The notes under the pieces are model-generated. The model searched no databases, had not been told where the DNA came from, and saw only the letters and a list, made by a program, of their open reading frames with translations. Source: Phyllobates terribilis (lineage: Eukaryota). Taken from it: a stretch of 64,000 nt of DNA. How positions within the stretch are numbered: position 1 is the first letter of the stretch; the number at the start of each line of letters is the position of its first letter. The stretch lies in the NCBI RefSeq assembly GCF_046119375.1, contig NW_027362764.1:283154001-283218000 (forward strand). Reading direction: 5' to 3'. The translations under genes and the position numbers were made by a program. Of the stretch, positions 36,431 through 51,023 are shown piece after piece.

Positions 36431-38712
36431 ATCAGGTTCTCCTGCGTTTTTAGTGAAAATAAGCAAGTACAGCAGTATGTGAAACTCATTTATTTTTGTG
36501 ATTTTACCATCTTGTCTTGGTCACTGAAATGGTTGTTTGTATTAGGAGAGTTAAATTAAATTAATGATGTGTACAGTGTAAACATTGGCTGAGCTAGGTG
36601 TGAGATTGAACAATACCTGTGGCCCAGTGAGGTGTGAAATTGAACAATGCATCTGCAACTGAATGGCAGACTCCATAGTGTGAAAGTAAATAGTGTCATA
36701 CAAACTCAATGCATTGCCAGTGTTTAAACTATTCCTGAACAATTCACCTCCCCCACTATGCCAAAAACAGAATGAGATTTTTTTTTCACAGAACTTTACG
36801 CACATGCATAAATAGAGACAGAAGCACAGTAAAAAAAACTCTGAAAAAACACACAAAAAACACATAAAAAATGCAGCAAAACCTGTGTTTTTGACACAGC
36901 TATTGTCATGTTCGCTGGTTTGTCTGAGACAAGTATGCCCAACATGTTTAAAAATACACCTAGTTGGCTTTGGACTTGTATGTATGAATAATGTGTGTAT
37001 TGACCCTTACAAAGCAAACACGAGAAGGAAAACTTGTTTGCACATTGGATTTAGAGACGGTAACCTGTGATCCTCCATAAGAAAGCTGCAGAGTGAAATA
37101 ACTAGTATAATAAATGTCTTGTATACTGTACTATACAGTAACATACCACAAGGAGCATACTATACTGTTCTGTGCTATACTTCACAGTACCATAATGTAT
37201 TTTACTATACTATCTATATAATACTGTAATAACCATTACTATACTATATTATACGCCGGCGTACTATATCATGTTGCGCTATACTTTGCCTTACAGCACA
37301 TACACTATACAACACTGTACACAATATCTGTACAATACAGTACATTCTCTACTGAACTACACCTAACTTTAGGTGCATTCGATATTTTTATGTAATATTA
37401 TCTGCTAATATGTGTGAGCTGTATATCTGCACGATTTGTGTGCAGTGAGGTACCTCAGTCTCTTCCTTGTCTAACTTTTACAAATGTAATAATACTATCA
37501 CTCACCCAGCATTAAACATTTTTAGGTGCTTTTCAATCTATATTGACAATCATAGTAACAATGATATAGTATTTATTATTCCTCAATAAATGGTAACTGT
37601 TCTTTTAACAAACGTATGCTTATTAGATGGCCAATATAGCTACTATCAGCAGTACAATATACTTACTTTACCAAAAATGTTGCTTTTAGAGGGAAAAATG
37701 GTTTTAAAGTTATCGCCAAGCTGAGTCTTCCTTCCTGGCAACTTGGTGTCAAATGCCTATTGCCAAGACATATCCATCTATAGTTACAGGTAAGTAGCAA
37801 TTCACTGAAAAAGGACATAAATAAAAAAAATATATAACAGGAAAAAAGGCAGCCTTACTCACTGGCACCAGGTAACAATACCAATGCACTACAAGATTCA
37901 GCAGACATCGTGATAAAGGCGGGGGCAACACCAATGCAAAATACTGATGGAGCAAGCACTCACAGACCTGCCAATACATGGAGCGGATGGTTGCATAATA
38001 TTAGAAATGCACACAGATGAAGCTAGCATTGGGCGCCAGTCACACAGATACGTGTGATGCACTGTGTCTAGCTTACAGCCTATTAATGACGCCAATATTA
38101 TTAGATCAGGTGGGCTGTCCAGCAGCATATAAATACACCCCACAAAGACAGACGCCCCAATTCACCAAACCAACACTAAAGAGCCCTGCTGCATCCTGCA
38201 TAAAAATGGAAATACTGTATGTGCAATAAAAATATATGTGCAATGAGATAAAAAATTATGTATAAAATACATGAGGTATTGGTTGATACTTTGGCTAAAA
38301 TATGCAAGCTCGCAACCCAGGTCAATGGTCCTCATTGTCTTGCGAGTCCCTAAACTAAAATAATTACAGATAAGTCGGACAGATTTAAAGTGGAAGCGTG
38401 TCCTTACAAGTCACCCCCTCTGCTGCTAACTGTTATACAGGGTCTCACAACCTCCTCGCTGCACACATCTCAGAGCAGCACGCAGTAGTGAGCTGCTATT
38501 TTCACTTGACTGCTTGTTTATCAAATCAAATCAGCATTTCTATTCTTCCCCTTTTCCCTACTTCCTAAACATATCTACAATGTCCACAAGCTCATTCTCC
38601 GCCTTGCCCCCTTGTTTGTTCTAGAACATTAGCACTTGTATTCTCCCATTTTGTCCGGCCCCCGGCACTTGCCCGGGTACGCCGGGTGCTGACGCCGGCC
38701 CTGCTCCCAGGC

Positions 38713-39873
38713 TTGTCTGCACTATACTCAAAAGAATAGTCTATTCTCATCAGATCTATATCCACAGGTGTACACCACCAAAGTAGTCATATGAGATAGG
38801 GAAAGGGGAGAGTTGGATATATATACCGGTATACCGGCTTTCCTTAGGAAAAAGCCGGTATACCGGCGAAACGCGCGTCAGGGAATTTATCTGAGCTGCA
38901 TGATAGTGTAGGGGGGAATGAGAATCTACCCTAGGAATATGCATAATATGGCAGCATTATAATAAGGGAGAACTGTGTCAGCACCCTTAGCTGTAGCGGA
39001 TCATATAGAGTATAGCCGCAGTGTTCGGCTGTTTGAGTCGGACACATCAAACACGTGTGCAGCTACGAGACAGCGGACTGCTCAACACTGCAGCGATCAG
39101 CTGTTTGTGCTGGGCATGCCGGCACGTGCGTGCAGGGAATGAGACAGGGGATAATATATTATTCCTCACTCGGGCGATCAATTGTACAGCTGGACAGGCT
39201 GAATCACAGTGTGATCGTTAACCTCTGACATGTGAGGAGCCGCTCGGTGCAGCGGACGGCCCCTCAGTGTAACAGAGGAGACAATCGCTTGTCAGTGTGA
39301 TCTCCTCCTGCTAATGATTTTGAACAGTGCCGGCTCATTAATAGCAGCCTAAATACACGTACTGTGCAATTGTGTGATTGAACAGAAGGCGAGTGCTGAT
39401 TTCTGACATCTCCCATTGTTAATATTTAAAACAACTGGATTTAAGCGAGCCTATACATATATACATATATATGTCTGTCAGGTGGTGAATAGTAATGCCC
39501 TATGGCAGATTGATACATGTACATTTTGCTATTATAGCAACTATATGTGTCTTTAGTTGTTCCACCTGACATTCATATTTAGGCTATTCCAATATATGGG
39601 GTTAACATATATATATAACCTCGGTCCTACATTAGAGGGACTTGACTGAGGTGTCCCATAATTTGCCCTACACTACATCCAGCCAGATCTATTAGTGGGT
39701 ACCACTTTTTCAACTAGTAAGTGGTTACCTTATATGCATCTATAGATGCATGAGTAATTTCACATTTATAGGATTTTAACTAATCAATAAAGTTTATGTA
39801 TTTTAATTTAATTTTCTTATATCCACACTTTTCCAACTCTCCCCTTTCCCTATCTCATTTGTCTGCACTATAC
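38713..39873. mobile_element. Composite Penelope-like insertion bounded by 15-bp direct repeats
   Basis: ttgtctgcactatac at 38713-38727 and 39859-39873. 38787-38820 is the inverted copy of ~39825-39858. A hammerhead-like motif lies at ~38840-38886. Confidence 0.5.
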
Positions 39874-40135
39874 AGCTCTTGCCCCTGGGTATTGCATTTG
39901 CCTCCTTATTTCTGATTGCACAGTGGCAGTGTACATTCAAGTAGTTCTTATGGAAACTTATGAAAGTGATGCCAGTGCGCATACTGCTGGCAATCTCCTA
40001 GCACAGTAGACAACCCTACTCTTGAGAGAACTGCAAGATGCCCTGCCAGTAAATCAAGCAGCTAGGAGGGGCAAAAATCAACAAAGAGGCACAAAAAGTG
40101 GCAGTACAGCTATACAGGATTATGCATTTACTTTA

Positions 40136-40942
40136 CAGTACTGTTCAAATGTTTTAGTCAGGTGTGGAAAAAATGCTGCAAAAATAAGAATGCTTTCAAA
40201 AATAGAAATATTTATAGTTTTTTTTTATCAATTAACAAAATACAAAATTAATGAACAAAAATCTAAATCAACTCAATATGTGATGTGACCGCCCTTTGCC
40301 TTCAAAACAGCATCAATTCTTGCAAACAGTTTTTGAAGGAACTCGGCAGGGAGTTTGTTCCAACATCTTGGAGAAATACCACAGATCTGTGGATGTAGGC
40401 TTGTGTAAATCCTTCTGTGTTTTCATGTAATCCCATGCAGACTTGATGATGTTGAGATCAGGGATCCGTGTAGCCATGTCATCACTTTTAGGACTCCTTG
40501 TTCATATTTTCTCTGAAGATGATTCTTAAAGGGAACCTGTCAAGTAAAAAAATGCTATTAACCTGCAGATATGGGGTTAATAAAGCTGTGTAGCCACTGC
40601 ACTGAAAGCCTAGCTGCTGTGAAGAAATGAACTTTATTCCTCCCAGCATCCTCCGGCTTTCAGTCATAGAGGCTTCAGTCACCGCTCAGTACATAATGAG
40701 CGGCACCTTTAACCACGCTCCAGCACTTACTGACAGCCGGCTCTGTACTGATGCATTCATGCTGTTCATAAGGCAAAGCACGGTCACAGCAAATATTGCT
40801 TTGATTTTGATTTCTCTTTTGTTCTTTCACATTGCATTTTATTAACTGATGAAAATAAACTAATAACACTTCTCTTTTGGAAAGCATTCTTTCTTTGCAA
40901 CATTTGTTTTACACATCTGCCTAAAACTTTTGCACAGTATGG
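40136..40942. mobile_element. Internally deleted Tc1 derivative (same TIR family as 29728-31237) containing a ttaaagggaacctgtca (T2/Kolobok-like) MITE fragment
   Basis: Ends cagtactgttcaaatgttttagtcaggtgtgg ... cctaaaacttttgcacagtat; the T2-like start lies near 40527. Confidence 0.7.
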
Positions 40943-42894
40943 TACATTTTCATTCAAATGGCAGGTACAATTTAAATGTGTATGTTACTGGGCGGTTATT
41001 GTCCATATCCATACTTTCCAAATGATGGCTACAATACTGAATTTCAGGGACCAAATTTGAGGGTGCATCTTAACCCCTTCACGACCTTTTGATGTAAAAA
41101 AAAAAATAATTCTAAAATCTCTCAAACGCTGCACATCTCCCAGCTACAATATAACATTTCTAACAAAAAAGTCACAAAAACATTCTATGTGAATCCTGCT
41201 ACCGAATGATTATAGTGCCCTGGAGGCCGATGTCATTGTATATTATATACTGCGTCTTCTGTATGGCAAAGATTTGCTATATATATTTATGAACAGTTTT
41301 CAGTGTCAGATACATATTTTGCAATGAGTATCTTTGACACATACTGTAGCTTCAGGCCATCTTAGGAACAGTAGTCAAACGTCACTTCTTTTTACTGTGG
41401 TTGCTAATGGATGGTGTATTGTAGCACAGACAGTCCTGTCATTTCTGCTTGCTGAGCAGCCTTGTTAAACACTGCAATGTCAATGAAGACAAAAGAAGTA
41501 TAAAAATCAAGCTGTGAAAGTGAACCAGCGCTCAGAAGAAAAAACATCGCCCTAAGAAATAACAAATAACCCAACATCTTGACATATCTGTGCAAGCTTC
41601 CAGTTTTACATATGCCTGCACGATCCCAAAGCATGAAAAACATGTCAGCACCATGCTTTTTGACATTTCCTCTAAATCCTAATGTAGAAAAGGTTCCCTT
41701 TCCACCCCTGTATTCGGGCCCTGAACGGCAGCTTATGGAGCCCCTATGGTCCCCATAGACCTTCTGGGTGCTATGGTATCATGCTATCATGATGGAAAAA
41801 AATTTCATGACAAAATCTCTGTGCCACCAAATGTTGAATTTTGTGAAAGCAAAATCTTACTGTGTGTCACAATGAGTCGGTTTTCTGTGTCAAAGTATTT
41901 TACATTATGTTGTGTGACATAAAGCTCTCCATTTGTCCATATTACAGGTTATTTGAACAAGGGACCAATTAGAGAGTTTGAATCTTAAATTGACAGAAAG
42001 AATGGACAAATAAAGCAACATCCAAAGTATTAAGCGTCACATAATGGTGTAGCAGAATATAGTGGCATTATACTTAGTCCAAACATCTATTAGCTAGTAT
42101 TTAATTAATATCACAGTGTAAAAAATTGTAGAATCTGCCTGAAAATTTAAATCAAAATCTGTGTGTGTTATGTGGAAATTTGTAGACCATATGTTACATC
42201 ACATTGTTTACATGGCATGTTAATATCATTTGGTAATATCCACATTGTATTGCACTTTCTTTGGTTATGGATACCAATATTTTTATGTGTGATTGTCTAA
42301 TTGCTACATTTAGGGTAGTTTAGCAACTAGATTGCAATCCTTAGGTAAAAATTTCAAGCTGTATTCTTGCACAGTTTGATTTTTGTGAATGACCTCTTGA
42401 CAAAGCTGGGCGAAATGCGCGTTGGGGCACACAGGGACACTTGGACGGTACAATATGGGAGTAACTACAGTACTTGTTTATTTACTTACTCTCTTTACAT
42501 GTTTTATCTGACTACATAATATATGATATTCTCGGTAACATATAAGCAGACTATACTATTCAAACTATTTGCTTGTTCAGATTTATATTCATATTTATTG
42601 TAGTAAAACTATGAATGGGTTGTCCCTCTAACCTTGTATTTAGGGCACCCGCAGACAAGTGTATGAAAAATCGTCTGAGTTTCATCCAGAAAGCTTTGAC
42701 GATTTTTTTCTAATTTTCATCAGTTTTTCATCCATGTGCCATCTGTGTATCTGTGTGATATGTGTAATCCATTTTCATACAACTGCATTAAAACACATAC
42801 ATGATCAGATATAGTTTCCTAGCTTTATAACAGAAATCTGTCCATAAAATTCGGATGTCACTCTGATGGTCTGTGTGGGATCCTCAGATAAAGG

Positions 42895-43370
42895 CCGGGG
42901 TCACACGAGCATATGTTCTCATATGCGAGAGAATCGGGCCGATTATGCAAATGACACTTGGAGCAAACTGTGTCAGAGTGCAGTCCGATGTTTCACACAC
43001 CATAGAATTCTCAGATGCAATTTCTCATGTCGAATCGCTGATCTGAGCTGGCCCATAGAATAACACTGGTCCGAGTGCTATGTGATGTTTTATCGCATAG
43101 CACTCGGCCGTGTTATACGCTTGTGTGAGCGAGTCCAAAAGTAGTGCATGCAACGAGTTGTTTTCTCACAAAAATTCGGATTGAGAAAAAAGGGGAGAGT
43201 CACACTGCCATATAACGAGGATCACAACGCAATGCTTGGACAGTGGTTCTCCCAACAGGAGTCACGCTGTATTTCTATGCAGCTGTCACTCTTGAGTCGG
43301 GAGAGCCGATGCCCAGTTCAAGCATTGCATTGTGATCCTCCTCTGAGTTATACGGCCGTGTGACTCTCCA
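42895..43370. mobile_element. Two adjacent small Harbinger-like MITEs
   Basis: ggccggggtcacac...gtgtgagcgagtcc (~42895-43137) and gggagagtcacac...gtgtgactctcc (~43193-43369). Confidence 0.5.
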
Positions 43371-43374
43371 CTTA

Positions 43375-43798
43375 GCCTATGTTCACATGTAAGTTTTTCT
43401 GTGGCTAAAAACACTTCTTCCAAAATGCTAATTTTCCTGCATTTTGGTTGCTTTTTTGGTGTGTCTTTGCGGCATTATTTTGAAGAGAAGTTAGTTTTAT
43501 TCACCCAAAATGAATCAAAAGCCGCTGAAAAATTGCAGCAAAACCTGTTTCTGCACTTTGATTGCTTTTTATGGGTGAAAAAATGCTGCAAAAATGGTGC
43601 AAAGACACTGAAAGAATTGACATGCTGCAGATTTCAAAACCACTGCAGTGGTCAACTTCAGTCAGGAAATAAAACAAGCGTTTGCATGAGATTTCTGAAA
43701 TCTTATAGCTTTTGTTGGTACTGTAAAATGCAGCTTCTTTTCTGCAGAAAAAATGCATCAAGAAAACACTGCAAAAAATGCTGTGTGTGAACATAGCC
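43375..43798. mobile_element. PIF/Harbinger-like MITE with TTA TSD
   Basis: tta|gcctatgttcaca ... tgtgaacatagcc|tta. Confidence 0.75.
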
Positions 43799-45399
43799 TT
43801 ATATTACATACCTTACTGCAATGCGGTGTTTCCACAGAAGTTGTTCTAGAAACATTTCCTATATCTCTATTTTTCCCCCCAAAATTGGATACTGGTTGTA
43901 ACACACACACTACCTTAAGATCTTGTAAAATGCAGACATCAGTCTTGACCTCATAGCTACCTACTGTACTTCTCTGTACAAGCGTGTTAATGTGCTGCAT
44001 TGAAACCATTATGTATTGTGCGGAGATGAATATTGTTGATTTATGATAAGTTATCTTTTTCTGTTATAATATTGTTGGGATGATATAAAGCAAACTCCTG
44101 CTGCTAACAGAAAATTTACGCTTCATTGATTTTCATTCAGCGGCTTGTAGATACACCGCATTGGTTGCCTTCATCATCATTTTCTTTCTAGTTATCGCTA
44201 AATGACTCCCAGTATGCTGAAAATGACAAAGCTAGCTAAAGATATCATCACCTCCAACCCCGCTGCATTGAAGCTCTTTGTACCTACTACTTATCCTAGG
44301 TTTGTAAAATGAAGCATGGGGTGTTCAAAAAGTCTGAACTACTATTGCCTAGCAACCCCAAGCTCTGTTGTCAGAGGCTCAAAGAGCATTGCGTTTCCTA
44401 GCAACACTGAAGCCTATTTCACTTGCTAAAGCTGATGTTACTTTTTGAAAACCTCTACTATTCTTATTCTTTTAGATTCAGATGTATTGTGTTCATTTTC
44501 AATGTCCATTTCATAACTTATTTGGTACTTATGAAGTTTTTGAAAATTAACACTACTTCCTCCTGAAAACTTAACACTGTGCTAATGACTATACTGACAT
44601 TGGATTATAAAAAAAAATTCCATACAGTATTTCATTAAAACCATGTAACATACAATACTGGTCCCTGCTCCTTCACCAGCCTCCCCTGCTGGTACACACC
44701 AGCGCACTGTTCCCATGGGTGGCACTGACAGTGAATCCTTAAATACTAGATGTAACATTGCAGACTGAACTGACTTCCAAGCAACACACCTAGTATTCAA
44801 GGATTCACTGAATTATAATTCTTCTGAAGTGGAAGTGTCCACTTTACCGCTTGCTGACCTCCCCTCCTGCCCCGTTTTTTCTGTACTAACTTTTTCTGAG
44901 ATCTTTCTGATTCACATATATTTCAGACACAGCCTTTTTCCACCTGTCCTTGTGGCTCATCTTGTAACAAACGCTAGGACAATGAAGACCCTAATCACAC
45001 CAGTTCGGTTTCCATATATTTTATTTTATTTTTTCAAAGATGAAGGTTAAATTATGTATATGTACTTTTTCAAATAAGACACTTTATATTTGATGTTTTT
45101 ATGGATTCCTTTTTTCTTGTGTTTTCTTTTATCGTTATTTATATTGCTCATACATATACATCTTTTGGATCCTGTTTGTAACGGCCGAAAGGTTAACTTT
45201 GACATATCATGTGCCCTTTTTGGCGCCTTTATTAAAATGCCAACTCCTCTTATAAGTTGTTTGTTTGTCATTGCATCTTCGTTGTGGATGTATCCTGAAG
45301 AAGTTTGATAACATCGAAACGCGTCGATAAATAAAACCACATTCCTTCATCTCTTGTGTGTCCTGGATCCTTCCTTAAAAACGTCTTAATATTCCACTA

Positions 45400-45679
45400 A
45401 AGCATTTCCCAAAAAATAAAAGTGTTAATAGTTTATTTTTATCAATTAACAAAATGCAAAGTGTTTGAACAAAAGAGAAATCTAAGTCAAATCATTTCTG
45501 TTCTAAAGTCAAACGGTGGTCACAACAAATATTGATTTGATTTAGATTTCTCTTTACTTCATTTACTTTGCATTTTGTTAATTGATAAAAATAAACTATT
45601 AACATTTCTATTTTTTTTTAAAGTATTCTTACTCTGCAGCATTTTTACCACACCTGCCTAAAACTTTTTCACAGTGCTG
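45400..45679. mobile_element. TIR-only fold-back remnant of the same Tc1 family as 29728-31237
   Basis: aatagtttatttttatcaattaacaaaatgcaaag pairs with ctttgcattttgttaattgataaaaataaactatt; ends cacagtgctg followed by TA. Confidence 0.7.
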
Positions 45680-46180
45680 TATATCAGTTACACATTACAG
45701 AGATGCTGTGGACTTCACTCTCATAATAAATATCTGTCGCGCAAACGTCAAAGTGAATATTTAATTTTATATTGGATATGTACAGTAAAATCAATCCTAA
45801 AGACCACTTCTTTTAGAAGACCAGGTCATTTCCCAGTTTTGCTGTGACAGATTTTCAATTCCATATAATCCTCTGCATATTGGCCATTGGCTTTGAGATA
45901 ATTTCCCTCAAAAGATAACTTTTGAACGTAATTTATGAAGTTGTCTTAAAGAGGTTTTACTGAATAATGCAGATACTCACTTTGATAACATGAGGCCATG
46001 GCTGTTGGACAAACTATGATATACCAACCTACTAGTTTAGCTGTGTAAATTGCTGATCTCGGGTTGGGATAAGCCCCTTTCACTCTGGGCTCCTGGGGAT
46101 GTGAACCTGATGCACAGGCAATATGTTCACGAACAGGCAAAGACAACACAAGACTAAAGTTTTAGCAAATTTCATATTAA

Positions 46181-47131
46181 GGCTGCGTGCCCACTATGCG
46201 TTTTTCAAGCGTTTTTGCCTCGGAATTTCCGCAGCGAAGACGCTTAAAAAACACTTGGCAATACGTGCCCCATGGTCCCATGGTCCCCAATGATAATCTG
46301 CATGTGCTGTGTACATGCTGCGGAAATTTCCACTGCGAATTATCATTGCGGAAAAATACGCAGCATGTCCATTAATTTTGCGGATACGCAGCGTAATTGC
46401 TGCCATTGACTTGTATTGAATTGCTTAATATCCGCATGACTACATGTGCACATGCGGATATTAAGCAATTCAATGTGCGGATTGTACCCGGGTCCGGAGA
46501 AGAGGAGACTCTTCTCCAGACCCGGGTACCATGGTACCTGTTAAAAAAAGAATTTAAAATAAAAAATAAACATATACTCACCTTCCGATGTCCCCCGGTC
46601 TCCTGTATGATGCTTCCGGTCTCTTGTACTGCTCGCGATGGTCTAAAAGGACCTTCCATGACGTCATTTAGTCATGTGACAAGTCACGCGACCACTGACG
46701 TCGGCGGTCGCGTGACCTGTCACATGACTAAATGACGTAATGAAAGATCCTTTCGCACCAGCGCGAGCCGCACAAGAGACCGGACGTACCGGAGAAGGAG
46801 ACCGGGGGCCATCAGAAGGTGAGTATAATATTTTTTTTTTTGTTTGTTTTTTTTACAATTTTTAATCTTTTTTTCAACTACTAACTTGGTCACACTATAC
46901 ATGCCGGTTGCATGGATTTATATAGTGTGACTAAGTTGTCAAGCACTTTTCTAAGTGATGCTAAAATTGTTTGGAGAAGCGCTTGATAATCCGCATGCAG
47001 AAATGCATGTGAAAACGCTTGACAAACGCTTCTACCTGGCAGGAGAAACACATGTAATATCCGCATACGTTTTTCCTGCCAGGGAGAAGCGGAAAAAATA
47101 TGCAGCATTTCTGCATCGTGGGCACATAGCC
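46181..47131. mobile_element. PIF/Harbinger-like MITE with an internal ~280-bp hairpin
   Basis: TIR ggctgcgtgcccac ... gtgggcacatagcc. The inner palindrome ~46550-46830 is centred near gtcacgcgacc-actgacgtcggc-ggtcgcgtgac. Confidence 0.75.
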
Positions 47132-47991
47132 TTATAATGTAAAATGTCCACAAGCCATATTTTAAATTGTCAAATTTCAATGTTTGTACATTAATTTCAT
47201 AAATAAAAGATCCGGAACAATGATGGAAAATGTAAATGCAAACCATTTAGACATGACTTTCGGTCTGTATAGGGGATCTCTAGCTCTGTAGCAGAAACCA
47301 TGGGAATATAACAATTGTAAAGATAAATTAAGAAATGAATTTGCCATTTGGATCAAAAATACAAAATGATATTGAAAATCTATGACAAGTGTAAAATGCC
47401 TAAAATTATGGACATGACAGCCACTTTAAAAGGTCAACTCTTGTTTATTATTTCATCTTTTTGCACGGCATCTTTGTTCATGAAGCACAATTGCTGTAGT
47501 TTCATGTTTTTATGGAGTAAGAACCAAAGCTGTTCAGCAATGACATTAAATAAAACAAGTTATTAAAGTGTGAACGTAAAAACCACCCTGAGGGAGCTTG
47601 CTAGCTCTTCTTTGTAAATGTAACAAAAGCGAAATGACCTAAAATAACCTAAAATAAATGGACAGCATTGAACACGCTGTGAAGCTCAGAAACGATATCC
47701 TTGTTAAGGGAAAGTTCAGCGGCTTTATTACAGCAGGAAGAGCAAGAATTCTCAAGGTATTAAAGAGATCAGATCTTTAAATGGTCTTATTTAAACCGTG
47801 ACCTTTCAGGCTATATAATTAATTTAGTAGATCTTAAAAAGTTTTTAATCTCTGTAGCACCGCGGAACACAAAAAAACATGTATTAGAAAAATAAAACAC
47901 TGGCGTTAATAAGCCACCTTTTATGATGAAATTTATCTGACATATTAGCCTTTCCAGACCTATTGCTTCTATGATACTCACTTTTTTTTTA

Positions 47992-48437
47992 AAGGAATCT
48001 AAAATCACTGCTTTAATTGATATTGAAATGAGTTTTAAGTGCTATGGGTGTGACAAAGCACTTCCCAAGCCTCTGCATTCCCTGCTCACTTCCTCTCTGA
48101 GTCCCACCTTCCTCTACTTGACTGACAGCTCACTGCCATGACACATGAGTTGTCACTTAAGCAGTCAAGCAGGAGTAGGTGCAGCTTGATGGGGTTTAGA
48201 GAAGGGAAGGCAAAGGCTTGGGAAGTAGTTTGAAATGCTTAGAGCAATTATGCCTCAATTGCACATGAATTAAAACTGATTTTTATGTCAGGAAGCAACA
48301 GATTGCATCATTGCATCAGTAAAAGCGTAGATGGCATTATCTTTTAGAGAACAACATGACCAAATAAAAAGTGTTTGGGTGAGGTGTTTGCTTGTGGGGT
48401 GTGTGGGGGTGGGGTTGATCCTGCTGACAGATTCCCT
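47992..48437. mobile_element. T2/Kolobok-like MITE at a TTAA site
   Basis: ttaa|aggaatct ... ctgctgacagattccct|ttaa. Confidence 0.55.
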
Positions 48438-51023
48438 TTAAAAACTGCTACTTTACAACTTTCTTGGGGGAACTTATTATTTCAAGTACTAAAATAGTCA
48501 ATGCGATTATGATGAAAGCTGGAAAGATAATGAGCGCAATAGGGTTTTATCCCAGTTAAAAACTAAAAGTAAAGCAAACAATATGCTCACCTTCAAAAGT
48601 TGTGAAAGGCACAATCCCTGTAATCATTGGAGAAAATGGCTGCTTCAGATCCATGGTGCTTCGAAACGCGCTGACAAATAGTAAACCGCATTAATACCTT
48701 CATGGTGTTTCCACTGCATCTTTTACTATTGGCAGTGCGGGTGTATCTCCACTTCCTCCAGATGCACAAAATAGTCAACACAACATTGCTAGTAGATGCA
48801 TTCTGTGCTGTCAACATAAATTCTGATGCTCAATATAATTTAAAGTGTTTGCTACAATCATTATTGTCAAGCATTTATATAAGAACATCATAAAATAACC
48901 TAAATAACAAGAGAAGCCATGCTCACTTCACATAACCACCAGAAATCTAAAGCAGACAAGTTTTGTTCCCCATATCAATGACATTCTGAATCAGAGATTC
49001 GCCTATATATATAACGCCTATATATACAATGGATAACAAAGGATTCACCATTTACAATAGGTGATGGTGACAAGTCTTCTCCTCCACCTACCTTTACAAT
49101 TACTTTTGTCCAATCAGAGCATGCTGCGTAACATGTTTAATTTATACTTCTATACAAATCAATAGGGTCATGGTTTGTCTATGCTTATGTCCATGTGTCT
49201 GCTCAAAAGAAAAATATGAGACTAATATTAGGCCTAGTGGCCAGTGTGAGAATTGTAATATTTTTCTTTTAATATAGATATAGTGATATGGAAAAAAATC
49301 ATTAAATACAAAAAACAATACATTTAAAATAAAAACCTGATTTAACCAATAGGTAATTTTCTCATACCAAAAATAGACTTGTAATCTGCTAAAGGGTTTT
49401 ATGGCAGTCTGTGACTACAGTGCATTGACAGATTACACGCTGCTGTAAACAGTAATTCACCTGATGGGCAGATAGTTCAGTAGGATATTATTAGAATATG
49501 TATGTGGATACGAGAACAGTCACAATAATAGGAAGCATTCATTAGGGAAATGCTAATTACATAAGTTTTTTGAAAAATGCAGCTTTAATCTTGAAATTCA
49601 CTAGAAGAATACTGATGAGTCCAATGGGTTCTGTCAATCTGCATTATAATTATTCTGTTTGGCTTTCTATGTTTGTGTTCTAGACAGATGACTGTCAGAA
49701 ATGGATGTTCACATAAAGATCATTGACCTTTACAGAAAGTCAGCGTTAAAGAGCACATTTTGAGTCCGTAAGGAACAAGGATAAAAGGAGCCGATTTTTG
49801 TACAATTAGATCATGTTTCCTACATTACCTGATCCCTTCCTTTTTAATCTCACCCATGTTTACTTTGAAAATCTTAATAGTTATTGATTATTGCATAATA
49901 CTTCATATATTTACAAGTGGATTATGAAAGTAGGTTGTCTCATCTGAATATCAGATGACTGTTTGATATGGATAGGCGATTTCTAGTAGCCAGATATCTA
50001 GATGCATGTAGAATTTCATCAAAAGCTTTGCTTCTGGTCTTTAAAGGGGTTGTCTATCAACATGTTATTCCATAAATGTCTCATAGTCATGGGTCCCACT
50101 GCTGCATATATTTTGAGAATGTGGACCCTGTTATGTGCTGCCATGAATAGAGATGGAAGCTCTGACAAGTGCAAAGTTCGCTACGTGCTTAACTTTTTTG
50201 GCTTGCATTCTATTGTTACTATGGACCTTCTTATGGATTGGATAAAAAATATATAATCTTGTTCCTTGAGTGGTGTAACTGGCTTCTAAAATTCACAGTG
50301 TTTTGTCCATGACTTAAGGGGAAGACTGATTCGATAAACTTATTCACCTGGATGTTGATCTCCAAAAACGAATAATAAATCACACAGTAACTGCTGTGTT
50401 GTGTAAAACAAGCGGCCACAGCTTTATTGATTATCAGGAAACTAACCACAATCATTTAGCCTATTTTTTATTATAAACTCAAACAACAAAACATGCCCGT
50501 CACTGATGAACAGTGAGCATGTAATTTGAAGGGCCAAAATTTACCGCCAGCTGAGACAGTTAACACCATAACCTCCTAACTTACAACACCAAAAAGGGGG
50601 AGGGAGGGTGGGTGTTATCCTCAGGTCAGAGCTAGGAAAGAGGGGGGATTTTTCCTGCCCACAACTCTATATACCCCTTTGTGACCCTCCCTCTTTCCCA
50701 AAACCAAATCAACTTCATTTGCTTCTTTCAAAACCCCAGTATCACATCCCACTTATCCATAGTTAACCCTTGAAGTCCCTGATTTCACTAGTCATTATGG
50801 TGCCTGCAAAACTGCTTCGATAAACTTATTAACCTGAATGTTGATCTCCAAAGACGAATAACAAATCACACAGAAACTGCTCTGTTGGGTAAAACAAGTG
50901 GTCACAACTTTATTAATCAGGAAACCAACCACAATCATGTAGCCCTATTTTTTATTATGAACTCAAACAATGAAACATGCCCATCACTGATGAACAGTGA
51001 GCATGTAATTTCAAGGGAGGAGG

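Noticed and set aside
37100-37370. Repetitive tatactgtactatac-rich tract
   Set aside because: Degenerate low-complexity sequence with no definable unit or boundaries.
48591-48670. Candidate minus-strand exon with a Kozak ATG (MDLKQPFSPMITGIVPFTTFE)
   Set aside because: The splice sites are plausible, but the peptide is unrecognised and I found no consistent partner exons.
49684-49767. Strong-looking acceptor and donor pair on the plus strand
   Set aside because: All three frames contain stops.
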